Assembly: GCF_006345805.1 (NCBI RefSeq)
Contig: NC_043011.1
Coordinates: forward strand, 27,354,464-27,418,463
Length of the DNA: 64,000 bases
Direction: 5' to 3'
Source: Octopus sinensis
Lineage: Eukaryota
This document shows, piece after piece, positions 1-13,092 of this stretch. Numbering within the stretch: the stretch's first letter is position 1; each line of letters begins with the position of its first letter. Both the position numbers and the translations under genes were made by a program. Below the pieces are notes generated by a model. The model saw only the letters and a program-made list of their open reading frames with translations. It was not told the DNA's origin and did no database searches.

Positions 1-74
1 CATACATACTCCAATAACATTTTGTCCAGCGCGCAAACAATTCTGCCACCTCGCTGCCTTCTTGGATTTAACTA

Positions 75-215
75 TTAGGTTGTCCCAAAAGTTCGTAAAC
101 ACTTGCGAAAATTGAATTCTTACTCGCCAAATACTAACAAAAACAACAAAAATTATTCCTCAAAATAAAGACCATTATTTTCCAAGACTTTCTACGAACT
201 TTTGGGACAACCTTA
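75..215. mobile_element. Mariner-type MITE (~140 bp)
   Basis: 23-bp terminal inverted repeats ttaggttgtcccaaaagttcgta / tacgaacttttgggacaacctta (1 mismatch), with TA on both flanks (73-74, 216-217). The TIR resembles mariner-type TTAGGTTG ends. Confidence 0.85.
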
Positions 216-444
216 TATAATCATTTCCACTTCGGGAACAAGGCTTAAAATGTTGGAAGGAGAGTCCTAGTCGATTACATCGACCTCAGTACGTAATTAC
301 TACTTACTTCATAAACAACGCACGAAAAGGTCATTTCGGCGGAATTTGACATCAAAATGTAAAACAGATGCCGCGAAGCATTTTGTCCGGCGTGCTAACT
401 ATTCTGCCAACTCACCACCTCCTTGCTGGTATATATGATATAAA

Positions 445-770
445 GGCGCGTGGCTTAGTGGTTAGAGCATTCAGCTCATGATCGTATGGTCGTGAGTTCA
501 ATTCCCTGCGACGCGTTGTGTCGTTGAGCAAGACACTTTATTTCACGTTGCTCCAGTCCACTCAGCTGGCAAAAGTGAGTCGTACCTGTATCTTAAAGGG
601 CCAGCCATGTTACACTGTGTGTCAGGCTGAATCTCCCTGAGAACTATGTTAAGTGTACACGCGTCTGTGGAAGGCTCAGCCATTTGCACGTTAATTTCAT
701 TTCACGAGCAAGCTGTTCCGTTCATCCTATCAGCTTGGGCCCTCGTCGTCGTAACCAACGGAACGCTCCT
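445..770 (+). mobile_element. tRNA-derived SINE, family C (CORE-like central domain)
   Basis: Box A-like tggcttagtggttag and box B-like gagttcaattccc, then ttgagcaagacactttatttcacgttgctccagtccactcagctgg. The 3' tail is shared with copies at 26762-27138 and 47937-48215. Confidence 0.8.
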
Positions 771-809
771 ATGCATATATATATATATATATATTATTAT
801 ATAGAAGGA

Positions 810-858
810 GCTTCTACAGGACTAGAACTGTTTCATTCAAGAGAAATCTTCAGGAAGC
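810..858 (-). ncRNA. Type I hammerhead-like motif, mirror copy on minus strand
   Basis: Minus strand reads GCTTC CTGAAGA TTTCTCTTGAAT GAAA CAG TTCTAGTC CTG TA GAAGC, with a perfect 5-bp stem I gcttc/gaagc. Confidence 0.55.
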
Positions 859-868
859 ACAGCTTCCT

Positions 869-920
869 GAGCTCCTGAAGATTTCTCTTGAATGAAACAG
901 TTCTAGTCCTGTAGAAGCTC
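869..920 (+). ncRNA. Type I hammerhead-like motif (PLE-associated)
   Basis: Stem I gagctc/gaagctc (1 bulge), core CTGAAGA 875-881, stem II ttc/gaa with a U.U closing mismatch, GAAA 894-897, stem III acag/ctgt, GUA triplet with predicted cut after 913. Confidence 0.55.
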
Positions 921-1001
921 CTTCTATATAATAAATTAATTTTACTCTGCTATGTATTGAGTACCTTATTTACTGTGGTTAACCCCGAATCAACCCGGAC
1001 C

Positions 1002-1061
<60 letters not shown>

Positions 1062-1065
<4 letters not shown>

Positions 1066-1510
1066 CAGAAAGTAAATAGACACCTTTAATTTTCAAAATC
1101 TCTTATTTAATACGCGAAGCGAACAATTGAAATGTAATTGATAGGTAGGACTATATACTTTAATATTTAGTTGACATTCCCTTTGCAGTTTGTAATTAAG
1201 AAATTCTTTTTGACATTGAACTGATGACCTTTGTGACTGTCTCTTGTGGAATTTCTGCTCAGTTTTCACGCAACAATCGAAAAAATTCATCTTTATTTTT
1301 AGATTTCTGTCAAGTTTTTCGTATAGCTCTATCTAGTATGCTCCAAAGCTTTTCAGTTGGGTTCATGTCAGGAGATTGGCTCGGCCAAGGAAGCTTTTTG
1401 ATCCCATTGTTGATTCCTTTTCGCTGTGTGGAATGGAGCCTCATCTTCCATGAATAAAAACTCATTTTTCGTTATGCTATCGTGTAAATACATCGGAAGT
1501 AGTCCTTGCT
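1062..1510 (-). mobile_element. Tc1-family transposon 3' remnant
   Basis: Minus translation FMEDEAPFHTAK...PWPSQSPDMNPTEKLWSILDRAIRK...MSKRIS...AKGMSTKY* matches the Tc1 DD34E C-terminus and has in-frame stops. A TIR-like tgtgcagaaagtaaatagacacc lies at ~1062-1084. Confidence 0.85.
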
Positions 1511-1581
1511 TAAGTATTTTGATGTATTTTTCTGCCCAGAACAACCATTACTGGTGACAGCCCCCCATTACCATTATAGAG

Positions 1582-1584
<3 letters not shown>

Positions 1585-1642
<58 letters not shown>

Positions 1643-1659
1643 TAATAATAATAATAATA
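1585..1659. repeat. (AAT)n microsatellite
   Basis: Direct reading. Confidence 0.95.
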
Positions 1660-1896
1660 GTAGGTGCATTAGGCATGATAAAAAATATTCAGACAAATAC
1701 ATAACAAAAACACCAGGACTTACAAACACATATAACATACAGAAAATTGCACTACTAGGCACTGCACACATCCTACGCAGAACACTTTCCATACAATAAC
1801 CATCAAAGCATCACAACAAATCACAGCACATACCCAAGGCACACGGAGCTGCGCTCGGTAGTGAAGTGAAAGCACGATATAAAAATAAAACTACTG
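1657..1896 (+). mobile_element. 5'-truncated R4/Dong-like (RLE-type) non-LTR retrotransposon 3' end
   Basis: IVGALGMI/KKYSDKYITKTPGLTNTYNIQKIALLGTAHILRRTLSIQ* (one frameshift in an A run) matches the C-terminus of restriction-like-endonuclease LINEs. (AAT)n flanks both sides. Confidence 0.7.
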
Positions 1897-1918
1897 AATA
1901 ATGATAATAATAATAATA

Positions 1919-1980
<62 letters not shown>

Positions 1981-2010
1981 TAATAACAACAACAACAACA
2001 ACAACAACAA
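1897..2010. repeat. (AAT)n/(AAC)n microsatellite
   Basis: Direct reading. Confidence 0.95.
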
Positions 2011-2160
2011 CATCGAAAAGTACCTTAGGAATGAGAACCCAGGTTCGAAATTTCCTCAAGACACCCGATGAAGGCTGGAGTGTATATTAGCCGAAATGTT
2101 GTTTTAAAAACAAACAAGATGAGGAAAAATGTCCATGAAATGTAAATAATGTAAATAATG
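2010..2160 (+). mobile_element. PLE-type terminal fragment with degenerate hammerhead-like motif
   Basis: CCGATGA (2065-2071), stem ggct/agcc, GAAA (2093-2096). The core has U4>C and stem III is degraded. Confidence 0.4.
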
Positions 2161-2559
2161 AAAAGAATAAAAGTAATATACACATATTTATATACAATCT
2201 CGTTAAAATTTTTTAGAAATATATATATTGGCAGTAGAAAGCATTCCTTTATAAGCTAAGTGTTTAGATTCTTTTTATTGGTAAAATTAAAATTCATAGA
2301 TAACTGAAGATATTACATCCCATACTGTGAACCTATAAAGCTGTTCAGAATCTTTTACATTTTCTCCTTATCGCTTTGTAATGTACGTAGCGTGATAGTG
2401 ATTCAGGTTTTGACATGACTTAACAAGAATACTATTTCTATTTTAATGTATAAACATCACTTTATGTAACTCACAATACTACCGAAAGTAGTATACAATC
2501 TATTTTAACAACTTAAATGGTTTCGAGCCATCTATTGCTATTGAACGATTTTGTTTACC

Positions 2560-2885
2560 GAATGTATATACATACATACATGCATACATACATACACGCA
2601 TACAAACATACATATACATATATGTGTGTGTGTATATGTTGATATATATATATATATGCATATGAATGCGCATATACATAAATACATACATACATGTATA
2701 TATATACATATATATACATATATATACATATATATATATGCGCATATAATATATGTATGTGCACATATATATGTATATATATCTGCACGTATATATACGT
2801 ATTTATATATAGGAACATACACACATACACACATACACACATACACACACACATACCCACACATACACACATGTATACATTAATA
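2560..2885. repeat. Compound (TA)n/(CA)n/(TACA)n microsatellite
   Basis: Direct reading; source of several spurious ORFs. Confidence 0.95.
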
Positions 2886-4366
2886 CAGGCATAATTTTGT
2901 GTCTGTGTGCGCGTTAGTGTCTAGCACTTGTTTTATATATATATATGTCCGCTGAATTTACATATATGTCTAATACACATACAAAACATAAGCCCTCTAA
3001 GGTGTAAACAAACAGTTGGAATAATTTTTCTTTTTCAACAACTCTAGATACATGCTGTGAGAAGTATTATTCTTGTGTACTATAACTGAGTATATTATAA
3101 CAGGAAATCTTGTGTTCTTCATATCTCAGCCAATCTATACTGTATCTACCATTGACAGATCGGTGGTGTGCTGTATTCTACTGGATACGTGTTAGGTTTC
3201 AAGACCTACAAATTTGAAACACGACATCCCTAGCAATTGGATGGAATCGATATCTTGACTGCACCCCCTTCCTTCATATTCCTTATATGTGCCCATAACC
3301 AGAAATTATTAAGGTCGGTGGACTGGTTGAATTATTAGAGTGTTGGAACTGATAATTCGTTGTAATTTTTCGCCTCTTTATGCTTTGATTTCAAATCCCA
3401 CTAAGGTTAAACTTATCTTTTCATCCTTTCGTGGCCAATAAATGATGTATTTGTTAATTTCTGCGATCGATTTACTTACCGCCACCCCACATCCTTTATT
3501 ATTTCTGGACGTATGCCTATGTTAGACATCATCAAGGGCAGCAGATTGGTAGAGTTGTTAAATCATCTGAAAAGGATATCTCGAAATATTTCGTTCCGTT
3601 TTTTTTACATTCTGAGTTCAAATTTTGCCGATTATAATTTGGCTTGAATCCCTTTGGAGTTAATAAACTTGTGGCCAATATTTCCGTGTTGAGAGCTGTT
3701 ATTAAAGTGGCGAAATAACCCAATCTTTAGAGCGATGACCAAAATATTTTCATCTTCAAATTTATATTTCAAATTACGCCGAGGTCAAATTTGCTTTTGT
3801 CCATCTGGCAGCTAGACGTCCTTGCACACACGCACTCATGTAATCCCTTCTAGCATTATGTGCTCAGAACACAGTGGAAGAAAAGAAAGCATTAATTTCT
3901 CTGTTCAATAGCTCCACTTTGTTTAATCCGTTTATCTTTTATCTTTCAGTTTACTCAGCCATTAGGCTGCCGCAACCGGGGCACTACCTTGAAGAGTTTT
4001 AATCGAACACATCAACTGCAAGACTTATGTTACTTTTCGAATTCTGATGCTTATTCTATCGGTTGATTTTTCTGAATTGTTAAGTTACGGAAACGGAAAT
4101 AAATCAAATTACCTGTTGTCTAATGATGGTGGTGGTGTGGTGAAAAAAACAGACACAAAATGAATTTTAATTAAACTTACCTTTTGCTGTTTCACCTTAG
4201 GACTATAATGGTTTGAAAGATCTGTGGTCAAAAACATCCAAGTTGTGATCTTCACTTCGCATCTTTCCTTCTTTAAAATAATAGGATGGAATTTGAGGAA
4301 GAATTCGCTTCTATTTCCCTCAGTGGTTTGCAAATATTTAATTTCTTTCTTTATTGTTTATTTCAG

Positions 4367-4468
4367 AGGAAAAAGCTTTGTTCATGACATATTTAGGATC
4401 TCCGAAACGGAAGCAAAGACAGTACTCTCAAACCAGGGATCTAGTCTGGCTCGTATATTTACAACTGA
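4367..4468 (+). other. Candidate internal coding exon (unidentified)
   Basis: Strong pyrimidine tract ending tttcag at 4366, 102 nt with two of three frames open, followed by a weaker GTGAAC donor. No homology recognised. Confidence 0.25.
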
Positions 4469-7400
4469 GTGAACTTTGCTAAAGTAATCCAATGGGCCAC
4501 TTGGGCAAAAATGAATGATGAATTAAATGTACCATCGACGTAGTCCACGACGGGATCTGAACGTAGAGAAGCAGAACAAGTACTGCAAGGTATTTTCTTC
4601 AAAACTCCATATCCTCCACCAGACGACTGCCATAGATAGTAAGTTATTTATCAACCCCAGAAAGATCAAAGTCAAAGTTGACATCGGGATTTGAACTCCG
4701 AATGCAAGGAATTGCAGTTAACAGCCGCAAAGTATTTCGCAGCTAGACACTCTTACACTCTACCAACTCTCTTCAAAAAAGAAAAAGAATCACGAAAGAA
4801 ATTCCCTTCAGGGGTTTGAACTGAGTATGGTTTCGTACTGTAAGAAACTTTACCATTTCTTGTTATTCACGTCGCTTTGCTTTTCACGAAAAACGAAATG
4901 CGCTTTGTTATCAAACAATAATTCTTTTACCATTTGTTCTATCGCAATCAATGTAATGCAATGAAACCTTTTAAACAATAACAAAACAAACTCCTCAAAG
5001 AAAACAAACGAACAAAAAGCAATAATCAAAGCAAAACATCTTAACTTCCAATAATTAAAACAGAAAGGACAATGAAACATTACATTTCCATAAATTTGAC
5101 ACGAAGAGATTAAATCCGACAAATATTTTGTTTTTATAAATTTTTTTTGTTAAAAAAGAAAAGAAAAGAGAGACTGTACAAAACAACGGAAATATGCCCC
5201 GTTGAAGATTGCAAAAATATGAAATATTAATCCTAACCAACAGTGGTAATTAAAGTAATGAATGCAATGTTTTTGTTCAGTGGTACTTGCTCTTGTTACT
5301 CTTGTTGCTTCCTTCTTTTGCTCATGTTTCAACTGTTTTCTGTTTATTTTCCTTGATTCCATCACCGTATTATTTCATTTATATTTGCACGTTTTTTCGA
5401 ATTCATAGAGTATAAGCTACTACTTCCACTACCACTACTGTCGCTGCAACAATTGGAGACTGGAACGGATGCCTTTCTCGTATTTAATTTTTTCTGCTTA
5501 TTGAATAAAATAGTTTTAACATCTGATATATTTAATCCAAACTAAACAATTAAGTAGAAGAAAAAAAACCCCAAAACTGCGAGATTTTAAAAAGAAGTTA
5601 ATGATCTTAACCAGTTGGAGATGTGAAAATCGCTAAAAAATTTCATGAAGAAAAAAATTACGTAAAGGAAAAATAATTGTTGAAATGGTTGTAAATTAAA
5701 AATGAGAACTAACAAAATATAATTAAAATCATAAATGCTTGTATTTTTTCTTTATGATTCCTAAGAAGCGGTATCCATCATTGAGTGATTAACCTTTTTG
5801 ACTTTAAAAGAGTAAAGTAAAAAGGAAACGTAAGGTAGACGCGACTTTTACAAAGCCTTTATGATTGCCATTACACATTATGGCTTCTGATTTAGGCACA
5901 CGACAAGCTGTTTTGAAGGGAGGTGGTTCGTCGATTGCATCGATATCAATAGAAGATTAATACTTTATGTAATCCACCCCAGAGAGATAAAAACAAACAC
6001 ATTTTACTTCAACAAGTAAAGAGCAGGTTTAAATACTTAAAAGAATTTTCCCCCCGACATTCCAACGATTCTTCCGAGTTGTCGCCTTATACAATCACAA
6101 AATAATGCTTTAATTAAATTAGATGCTGACGTCTACTTTGCAAGCATGTATATATAGCCACACAAATATAGACACAAACGTAGATTCGCAAAGGCACACC
6201 CATAATCATAAGCGTGTCCTTATTTTTAGTGCTCAGCCTAAATCAAAAGCATCCGAAGAAACCTATGCTCAAAGACACCACAATCCTCTGTTATTTTCTC
6301 AAATACATTAACTCTAGAACTGCATTATGTAGTCTGCCCTTATTTTTTCCACAATAGGATGCTATTTGAAGAAGATTTCTAAAAGTTCGGTACGAGCAAC
6401 AGATATAGCAGCTGAGTGTTGTGTTCATTACATAAGAGTCCATAATTTATACTAAAATCAGGTAGTGTGTCGTTGCTGAAAGTTAAACACTTTCTATTTC
6501 TGAATATTACATTTTCATCAATGCTAGTTTCTTTACAAAAGCCCTCTGTAGTTTGTTGGTCACTCTGATGGCAATCTGATAATTTTAGCTGCCGTTTTTG
6601 TCGCGTGATTACAGCCCATCATTTATTGGTATTGGTTTTAGCTATGTGAATATCAGTCTTTGTATTGAACCACTGCTACGATCTTACCAGCGTGCGCAAG
6701 GTTCTGTTGTTCATAAAAAATATATAGACACTTGCGTTAACAATCTTGAAATTAAACGTTGTCGGCTTTTTATCAGTAGTTTGTATTTATTTCAAATTTT
6801 GTCAAAAGGCCAGCAAGTTCGGGGTAGGGGTTAGTCAATTATCCCAGTACAAAGCTAGTACATATTTTATCAACTCCGAAAGGAGGTAAAGGCGGACGAA
6901 ATACCGCCACTCGGCATCTTGACTGGCGTGCTAACGATTTTCCCTGCTCACCGCCTTAAACCAATAGTTTTATATTGTCGAACTTAAACAGTTGGGTTTT
7001 TTTTTCCTTCAGAATACGAATCCTGGTCTCTCCATTTTTTCCAGGAAGATATTTATGAATCAGTTATGTTTCTTTTAACCCCTTATAGTTAATTAGTCTA
7101 TCATTAATAAACTACAACTATAAATCCTCTGAAACCAACAATTTTAAATTGTTGAATTTTGATTCTAGGTACCAAACCAAAATAAATTTATACATAAATT
7201 ACATAAATCTATCAGATATTCGTTGTTATAAGTGAAGTAGCAACAAACAACGTGATTTCTAAGAAGTAAAACAACTTAACAAACCAACATGTTTATAAAA
7301 ATACAGTGCTAAAATTAATGGAGTGTACAGCGAGAGGTATCACACAAAGTGTTCAGAAAAATATGAAACATAAGCCAAATATCATACAAGTCTCTAGAGC

Positions 7401-7502
7401 TTAAAAAGTTTGCCCTCATTAAATCTATGCAATTAGACATGAGATACGTTATAAACATGTACTAATAGCAATGAAATGCTTCATATATATTTCCTATTCA
7501 CT

Positions 7503-7692
7503 CTTTCACTCTTGTACCTGTTTCAGTCATTTGACTGCGGCCATGCTGGAGCACCGCCTTTAGTCGAGCAAATCGCCCCCAGGACTTATTCTTCGTAAGC
7601 CTAGTACTTAATCTGTCGGTCTCTTTTGCCGAACCGCTAAGTTACGGGGTCGTAAACACACCAGCATCGGTTGTCAAGCGATGTTGGGGAGA

Positions 7693-7754
<62 letters not shown>

Positions 7755-7836
7755 CGACGGGCTTCTTTCAGTTTCCGTCTACCAAATCCACTCACAAGGC
7801 TTTGCTCGGCCCGAGGCTATTGTAGAAGACATTTGC
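7503..7836 (-). mobile_element. SINE family A (internal microsatellite), 5'-truncated
   Basis: Colinear with full copies at 44373-44893 and 55659-56092. Confidence 0.9.
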
Positions 7837-8370
7837 CTTTGTTCAGTTGCTTTACATTCTCAGTTCAAAACCCGCTAGTGTCTGTCATATCCCACCAGGG
7901 TCGATAAAATATAGGGCCAGTCAAGAATTATGGGTGATAATATCAACAGGTAGAGTCTTTTTAAAAGCCGCTTCCCTACTTCAATTCGAAACCATTCTAC
8001 TGCGTGTGCATTTGTGTGTATTTTTGTATAAGTATTTGTAGTTACCTTTAACATTTAAGTTTCATACAAAATACATTGAGCAAATTATTACAATTATTAC
8101 ATGATTTTAAATAGCATTGCAGAAACAAAATAATTTATTCTTCCATTGCATCATGTTGAAATGTGCAGATATTTCTGTAATATGCAGATATCTTTCTCTG
8201 TGAATGTGTTGATTAACAGTTTTGTCTATCGAGTACAATAGTATTGATTATGTACATTGATATTTAAGAGTGTGCTAAAATATGAAAGACATGGCTTTTA
8301 AAAGTTATGCTTTAATAATGCCAGAGTTCTAAATATACTCTCTCTTCCTCCCCCTCTCTCTCTTTCTATG

Positions 8371-8401
<31 letters not shown>

Positions 8402-8913
8402 ATACATATATGATAGAAAAAGAAACGGTAAAGAACTTTCAAACAAACCATTCAAACAAATATGGTATAGACCCATGACTCTCTCTCTCTTTATATGTAT
8501 ATATGCATGTATGTAAGTATGTATGTATGTATGTATGTACGTATGTATGTGCATGCATGCGTATGTTTGTTTGTGTGTGTGTTTGTGTATGTATATATAT
8601 TTATATATATATGTCTAAATGTGTGAACATATATAAGTATATATATAGGTATATATAATATATATATGTATATATGTATATACTATATACATATATATGT
8701 ATACATATATATATATATGTATATATATATATATGTATATATGTATATACTATATACATATATATGTATACATATATATATATATGTATACATATATATT
8801 TGTATATATTACATATATATATCTAATTTATGCATATATATGTATGTATATCTATATATATATAATCGTAGCCATATAAATTCAAGTCATTTTTTACATC
8901 GTTAACCAGCTAT

Positions 8914-9400
8914 ATGAATATCTTTCCGATTAATTTCCCCACGAAGAGCATCGCCACTCCCTCTTTTAAGCAGTTTATGAATTGCATCGATACGACGAAA
9001 ACCCTAGTCAAGAATATGAGATGGAAGCCATTTTTTGAGAGAGACGTAATGACGTGGACAAACATAAGGAGAGGAAATCTGGCTTTAGAAAACAGCTAGC
9101 AGGAAATAATCTACTAGAACCTTTAGAGAACGCCATCTTCAGAATGTTAAAGGAAATGACGTTGAAAAAGATTCTATGGCCTCCAAAGTGAAATCGCAGG
9201 GAAATTGAAAAATACCAGAAAATCGAACAGAAAGACAACATGATTTCTGAATTCTGTACATCGAAATGAATACGTATGGCACTTTCAATGATTTGCTGAA
9301 AATAGTATTTAAAGAAAATACTAATAAGCCATTGCATAATTCTCGATATCTATAAATAACGAAGTGATATTTATAGCATCTTGTCTCAATATATATATAT

Positions 9401-9433
<33 letters not shown>

Positions 9434-9720
9434 GAAAAATCAACGAAAATGTACAGTGTATTAGCCGGTGTTCTCAAAGCGATGAATAGTTTTCCGAAAC
9501 CATGGTTCGCTTTGTTCTCTTACTTTATTATCATCTTATAATCATCTCATAATGACTTTTATGACTTTTACTACTACCTCAGTCCATCTAAATGTATATA
9601 TTTGTCGTTACCTCTCATAAAAAGCCTTTTTTAAATTTGCAATGTGCATTTTCGTTGAATTTTCATATTTTACCCTTACATTTCCACGTGTATCTTATAT
9701 TTTCTTTTTGTAACATATTC

Positions 9721-9788
<68 letters not shown>

Positions 9789-11200
9789 AGTGGAGAGATC
9801 CTTTATGTCGAAAACAGTCTATTAACATCAAAATGCAACTCTAATTTTATGAGTAATTCCACAAGTCGACTTATTAATTCTACAGAAATAGAAATTGAAA
9901 GAAGTAGCAAAAGTATATGAGATGGAATTAATAATGACATACGTTGATGTCCCATTTGGTACGTGTTTGCAAGTACTGGGTAGGTGAATAGATGGATAAT
10001 CTATTTTTGTACCATTTGACAGAGAGCTTTACAGTTTCTCCTATATCAAATCAAATCTCACTGAGAAGCTACAACTTGGTGAAACATCATAGATCAATAA
10101 CGATAAGGATAGACAAATTATGAAAAGATTCAATTATGTTCTATGGTGCTAGCTTTTGGATACTGAAGGAGGACGTAGATCCTTTGAAAGTAAATATGAA
10201 TGTCAGGTATTTAGAAGTTTGAAATGATATTGCTTTTCTAGATTTCATACAAAACAAATTTAAAGAAAACGACAGTATTTCAATATCTAAGAAGGAAATA
10301 TCTAGAAAGCGAATAAGGTCACAAAGGAATTAACGAAGTTATTGAGTGGCCTAAACTTTAAAATAAAGATAAAACCGATATAAAAACTGCTAACCTGTTG
10401 ACTCTGTCGGCTGGTATTAATAAGGGTATAATTCAACGGTACTTAAAACCTACAGGACCTTGACTCTACAAAAACATTAAATCAAATCGGCTATGAAATA
10501 TTGTGAAGAATCGTTCCTGTAATTTAACTCAGCGAATTCCATCTATTTCTGGCAATGGGGCATGCATCTTTAAATAGCGAAGACACACTGTGCACAAAAA
10601 TCTCACGGTTTCGAAGAATCAACTGAATATAAAACAAATAAATTTTTAAAATGATGGAGCCGACTAGGAATCGTATACGATATAATCCTTCATTTCTGAT
10701 TAGTGTATGAACAAAAGAAACAGAGAAAGGGCAAAGGACATATTCATTTCATAAAGAAACATTTTCCACTCGATCATAAGCGCAAAAAATATCTAACGGG
10801 AATTCATTTAAAAACATGCTAATTCTTTATAAATCAAATGCAGTACCTGAGCCATAGGAAGATGACGAAAATGTAAACAACAAAACTAAATGTAGTTACA
10901 AATGCCACTGACATACCTTAGTTACATATCCATTTCGTAGAATTTGACTAGAAGAATTAATAGCATACAAAGAGCTAAGGTAACCCCGAGAAATAATCCT
11001 AACGGATTTGAATATGTCGAGATGGCAAACTGACATAAGCATCGAATAAAATAGCAGGAAAATAATTTTCTGAAAGGGTAAAGAACTGACTCTGAATAAG
11101 CTGTGCGCATATGGTCCTTGAATACTGAAAAATGTAACATAAATAAAAAAATTAAGTAGGCATCAAGTGAAATGTTTGCCGTAGTTAATTGACGTTGGAG
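8914..11200 (+). mobile_element. Heavily decayed Penelope-like element (N-terminus, RT and GIY-YIG remnants, split by TA microsatellites)
   Basis: MNIFPINFPTKSIATPSFKQFMNCIDTTKTLVKNMRWKPFF resembles a PLE ORF start (KNIP...RMRWKAFF). RT-region remnants lie at 10.0-10.6 kb, KKHFPLDHK at ~10.76 kb and GIY-YIG-like remnants at ~11.0-11.2 kb. Many stops and frameshifts. Confidence 0.55.
9475..9514 (+). ncRNA. Degenerate minimal hammerhead-like motif
   Basis: Stem I caaagcg/cgctttg, residual ATGA (CTG missing), GAAAC CATG GT palindromic stem III. Confidence 0.35.
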
Positions 11201-12817
11201 GAACTACTTATTTTAAATGACCAATCTGAGCTCAAGTGTGGTGTGCCAAGTAAGTCGTTAATGTATAAAAACTAAAAAAGGAGAGAAATGGTGCATTCTT
11301 TTTAAAACTTTCTACTAAAAGTGATAGTGTGTCTTTTGATTATTCAAGGACGACATATTCATCAGCTCATGTAGTGCCAGTTCTTCTTTGTCTCTTTCAA
11401 AAAATATACTCGAGCCGTTGGATTCGACTTTTAAGTTTGAGTTTATATTCAGATGGACATCTCTTTACCTCTTTATATTCAGATGGGCAAACCAGATTTA
11501 ATAGACTTAGGAACAGAATGAACTCCGTGAATTCACGCTGTGATAGCGCGATGTGACAACGCTCACTCAATGAACACCGATCTAAGTGTTCATTGGGGGA
11601 TAGTTTTGATAGGGGTTTCACCTGACACTCATTAAAGCTTTACTAATATCGAGGACAACAACAATATTTCAACTAAATTTCGCTAAGGCAAGACCTCACT
11701 GCTGTGTTACAAAGGAGAGTAGATCACCACTCAACCTGACCTTACAGAAAGTACACTGGGGATCATTAAATAATGCGGAAGAGAGACAGAGACAAGCAAA
11801 TAGATAGAAACTGAGAGAGATACAAAGAGAGCGACAATGAGAGAGTAATAGAGAGTCATTCAAGGTGTTGAATGACGTATATGTTAATGTTTTTGTCTCA
11901 TTTACCCTAGAGATACTGGAAGTGATTCTATAGGGCGATAGTCTGCAGGATTAGAAGAGGTGACAGGAGAATAAAGGAGGAGTTGACAGGAGAATAAAGG
12001 AACCTGTAGGTGGTACAAAGATCAGGGTGTGTTTCTGTAGAAATAAAGAGATTGAAGTCGTAAATTTAGTTAAGTATAGCGTCAACATCGAGAATTCAAC
12101 AATGGAGGTAAACGGAAAGGAAATTTCATCATTGGTTAGAAGAGAAAAGAGTAAATTTTATATTTGAAATATAAATATGCAAATCGATGGAGCCTGATAG
12201 ATAGAAGGGGCCAATCTCGAAATTTGCACAGTGTGCAATAATTAACATGATGTCAAAAATTAACTTCATTTTGTTATCATCATAAAACCATCAAAATTTT
12301 AGCATGGAATAAAGGATATTTATATCTGAGATATAAACCTATTAAGTAGAATGCTGGCTCTTTCTTACTTTTATATATAATAATCCTAATCCTCTATACG
12401 ATATTTTAAAATTTATATCTCATCTTATATTGTACATTTAAATTTGCGAAGCTTAGCTGTACATATGTACGTTTATGTATGCATGTATCAGCTTAAGTAT
12501 AGATGCGTCGAAGATAAGTTCAGAATTATTAGAAATGAACTTTCTTCTCTATATTATTTCAACAGTCATAGAATGAAGACAGATTAATAATATTATCCGA
12601 TGAGTGTATTCTAAAACGGTAAATCGTAATGTAACGATAGTTAATCCATAATCTGAAATTATCTTACTGCTTATTTCTCTGTCAATGTATCCATCTATCT
12701 GTCTCTCTATCTATAAACGTTCTTTCAAATTCTGAATATAGATATACATGCATAAACACATATATATACATAACATACATACATGCATATATACTTACAT
12801 ACACACACTACACACAC

Positions 12818-12880
<63 letters not shown>

Positions 12881-12881
12881 C

Positions 12882-12943
<62 letters not shown>

Positions 12944-13092
12944 GTTATGGAGGTAATGGTGTCAATAAGACCCAATGGTGTCAGGTAATGCTGAGTAAGT
13001 GCTATGAACACACTATAGTTAAGTACCAGGTTCGGTGATTATGAGAATAAGGAGTCCAACGTAGGTCATATATCAGTATGTGTATGTATAAA

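Larger units (their letters stand above)
794..934. repeat. Perfect inverted repeat, 62-bp arms (794-855 / 873-934), 17-nt spacer
   Basis: The arms are exact reverse complements when read base by base. Confidence 0.95.

Noticed and set aside
445-510. tRNA-like heads (also 27075-27138, 44373-44440, 50166-50250)
   Set aside because: Box A/B-like motifs are present but there is no complete cloverleaf, and each continues into a SINE body.
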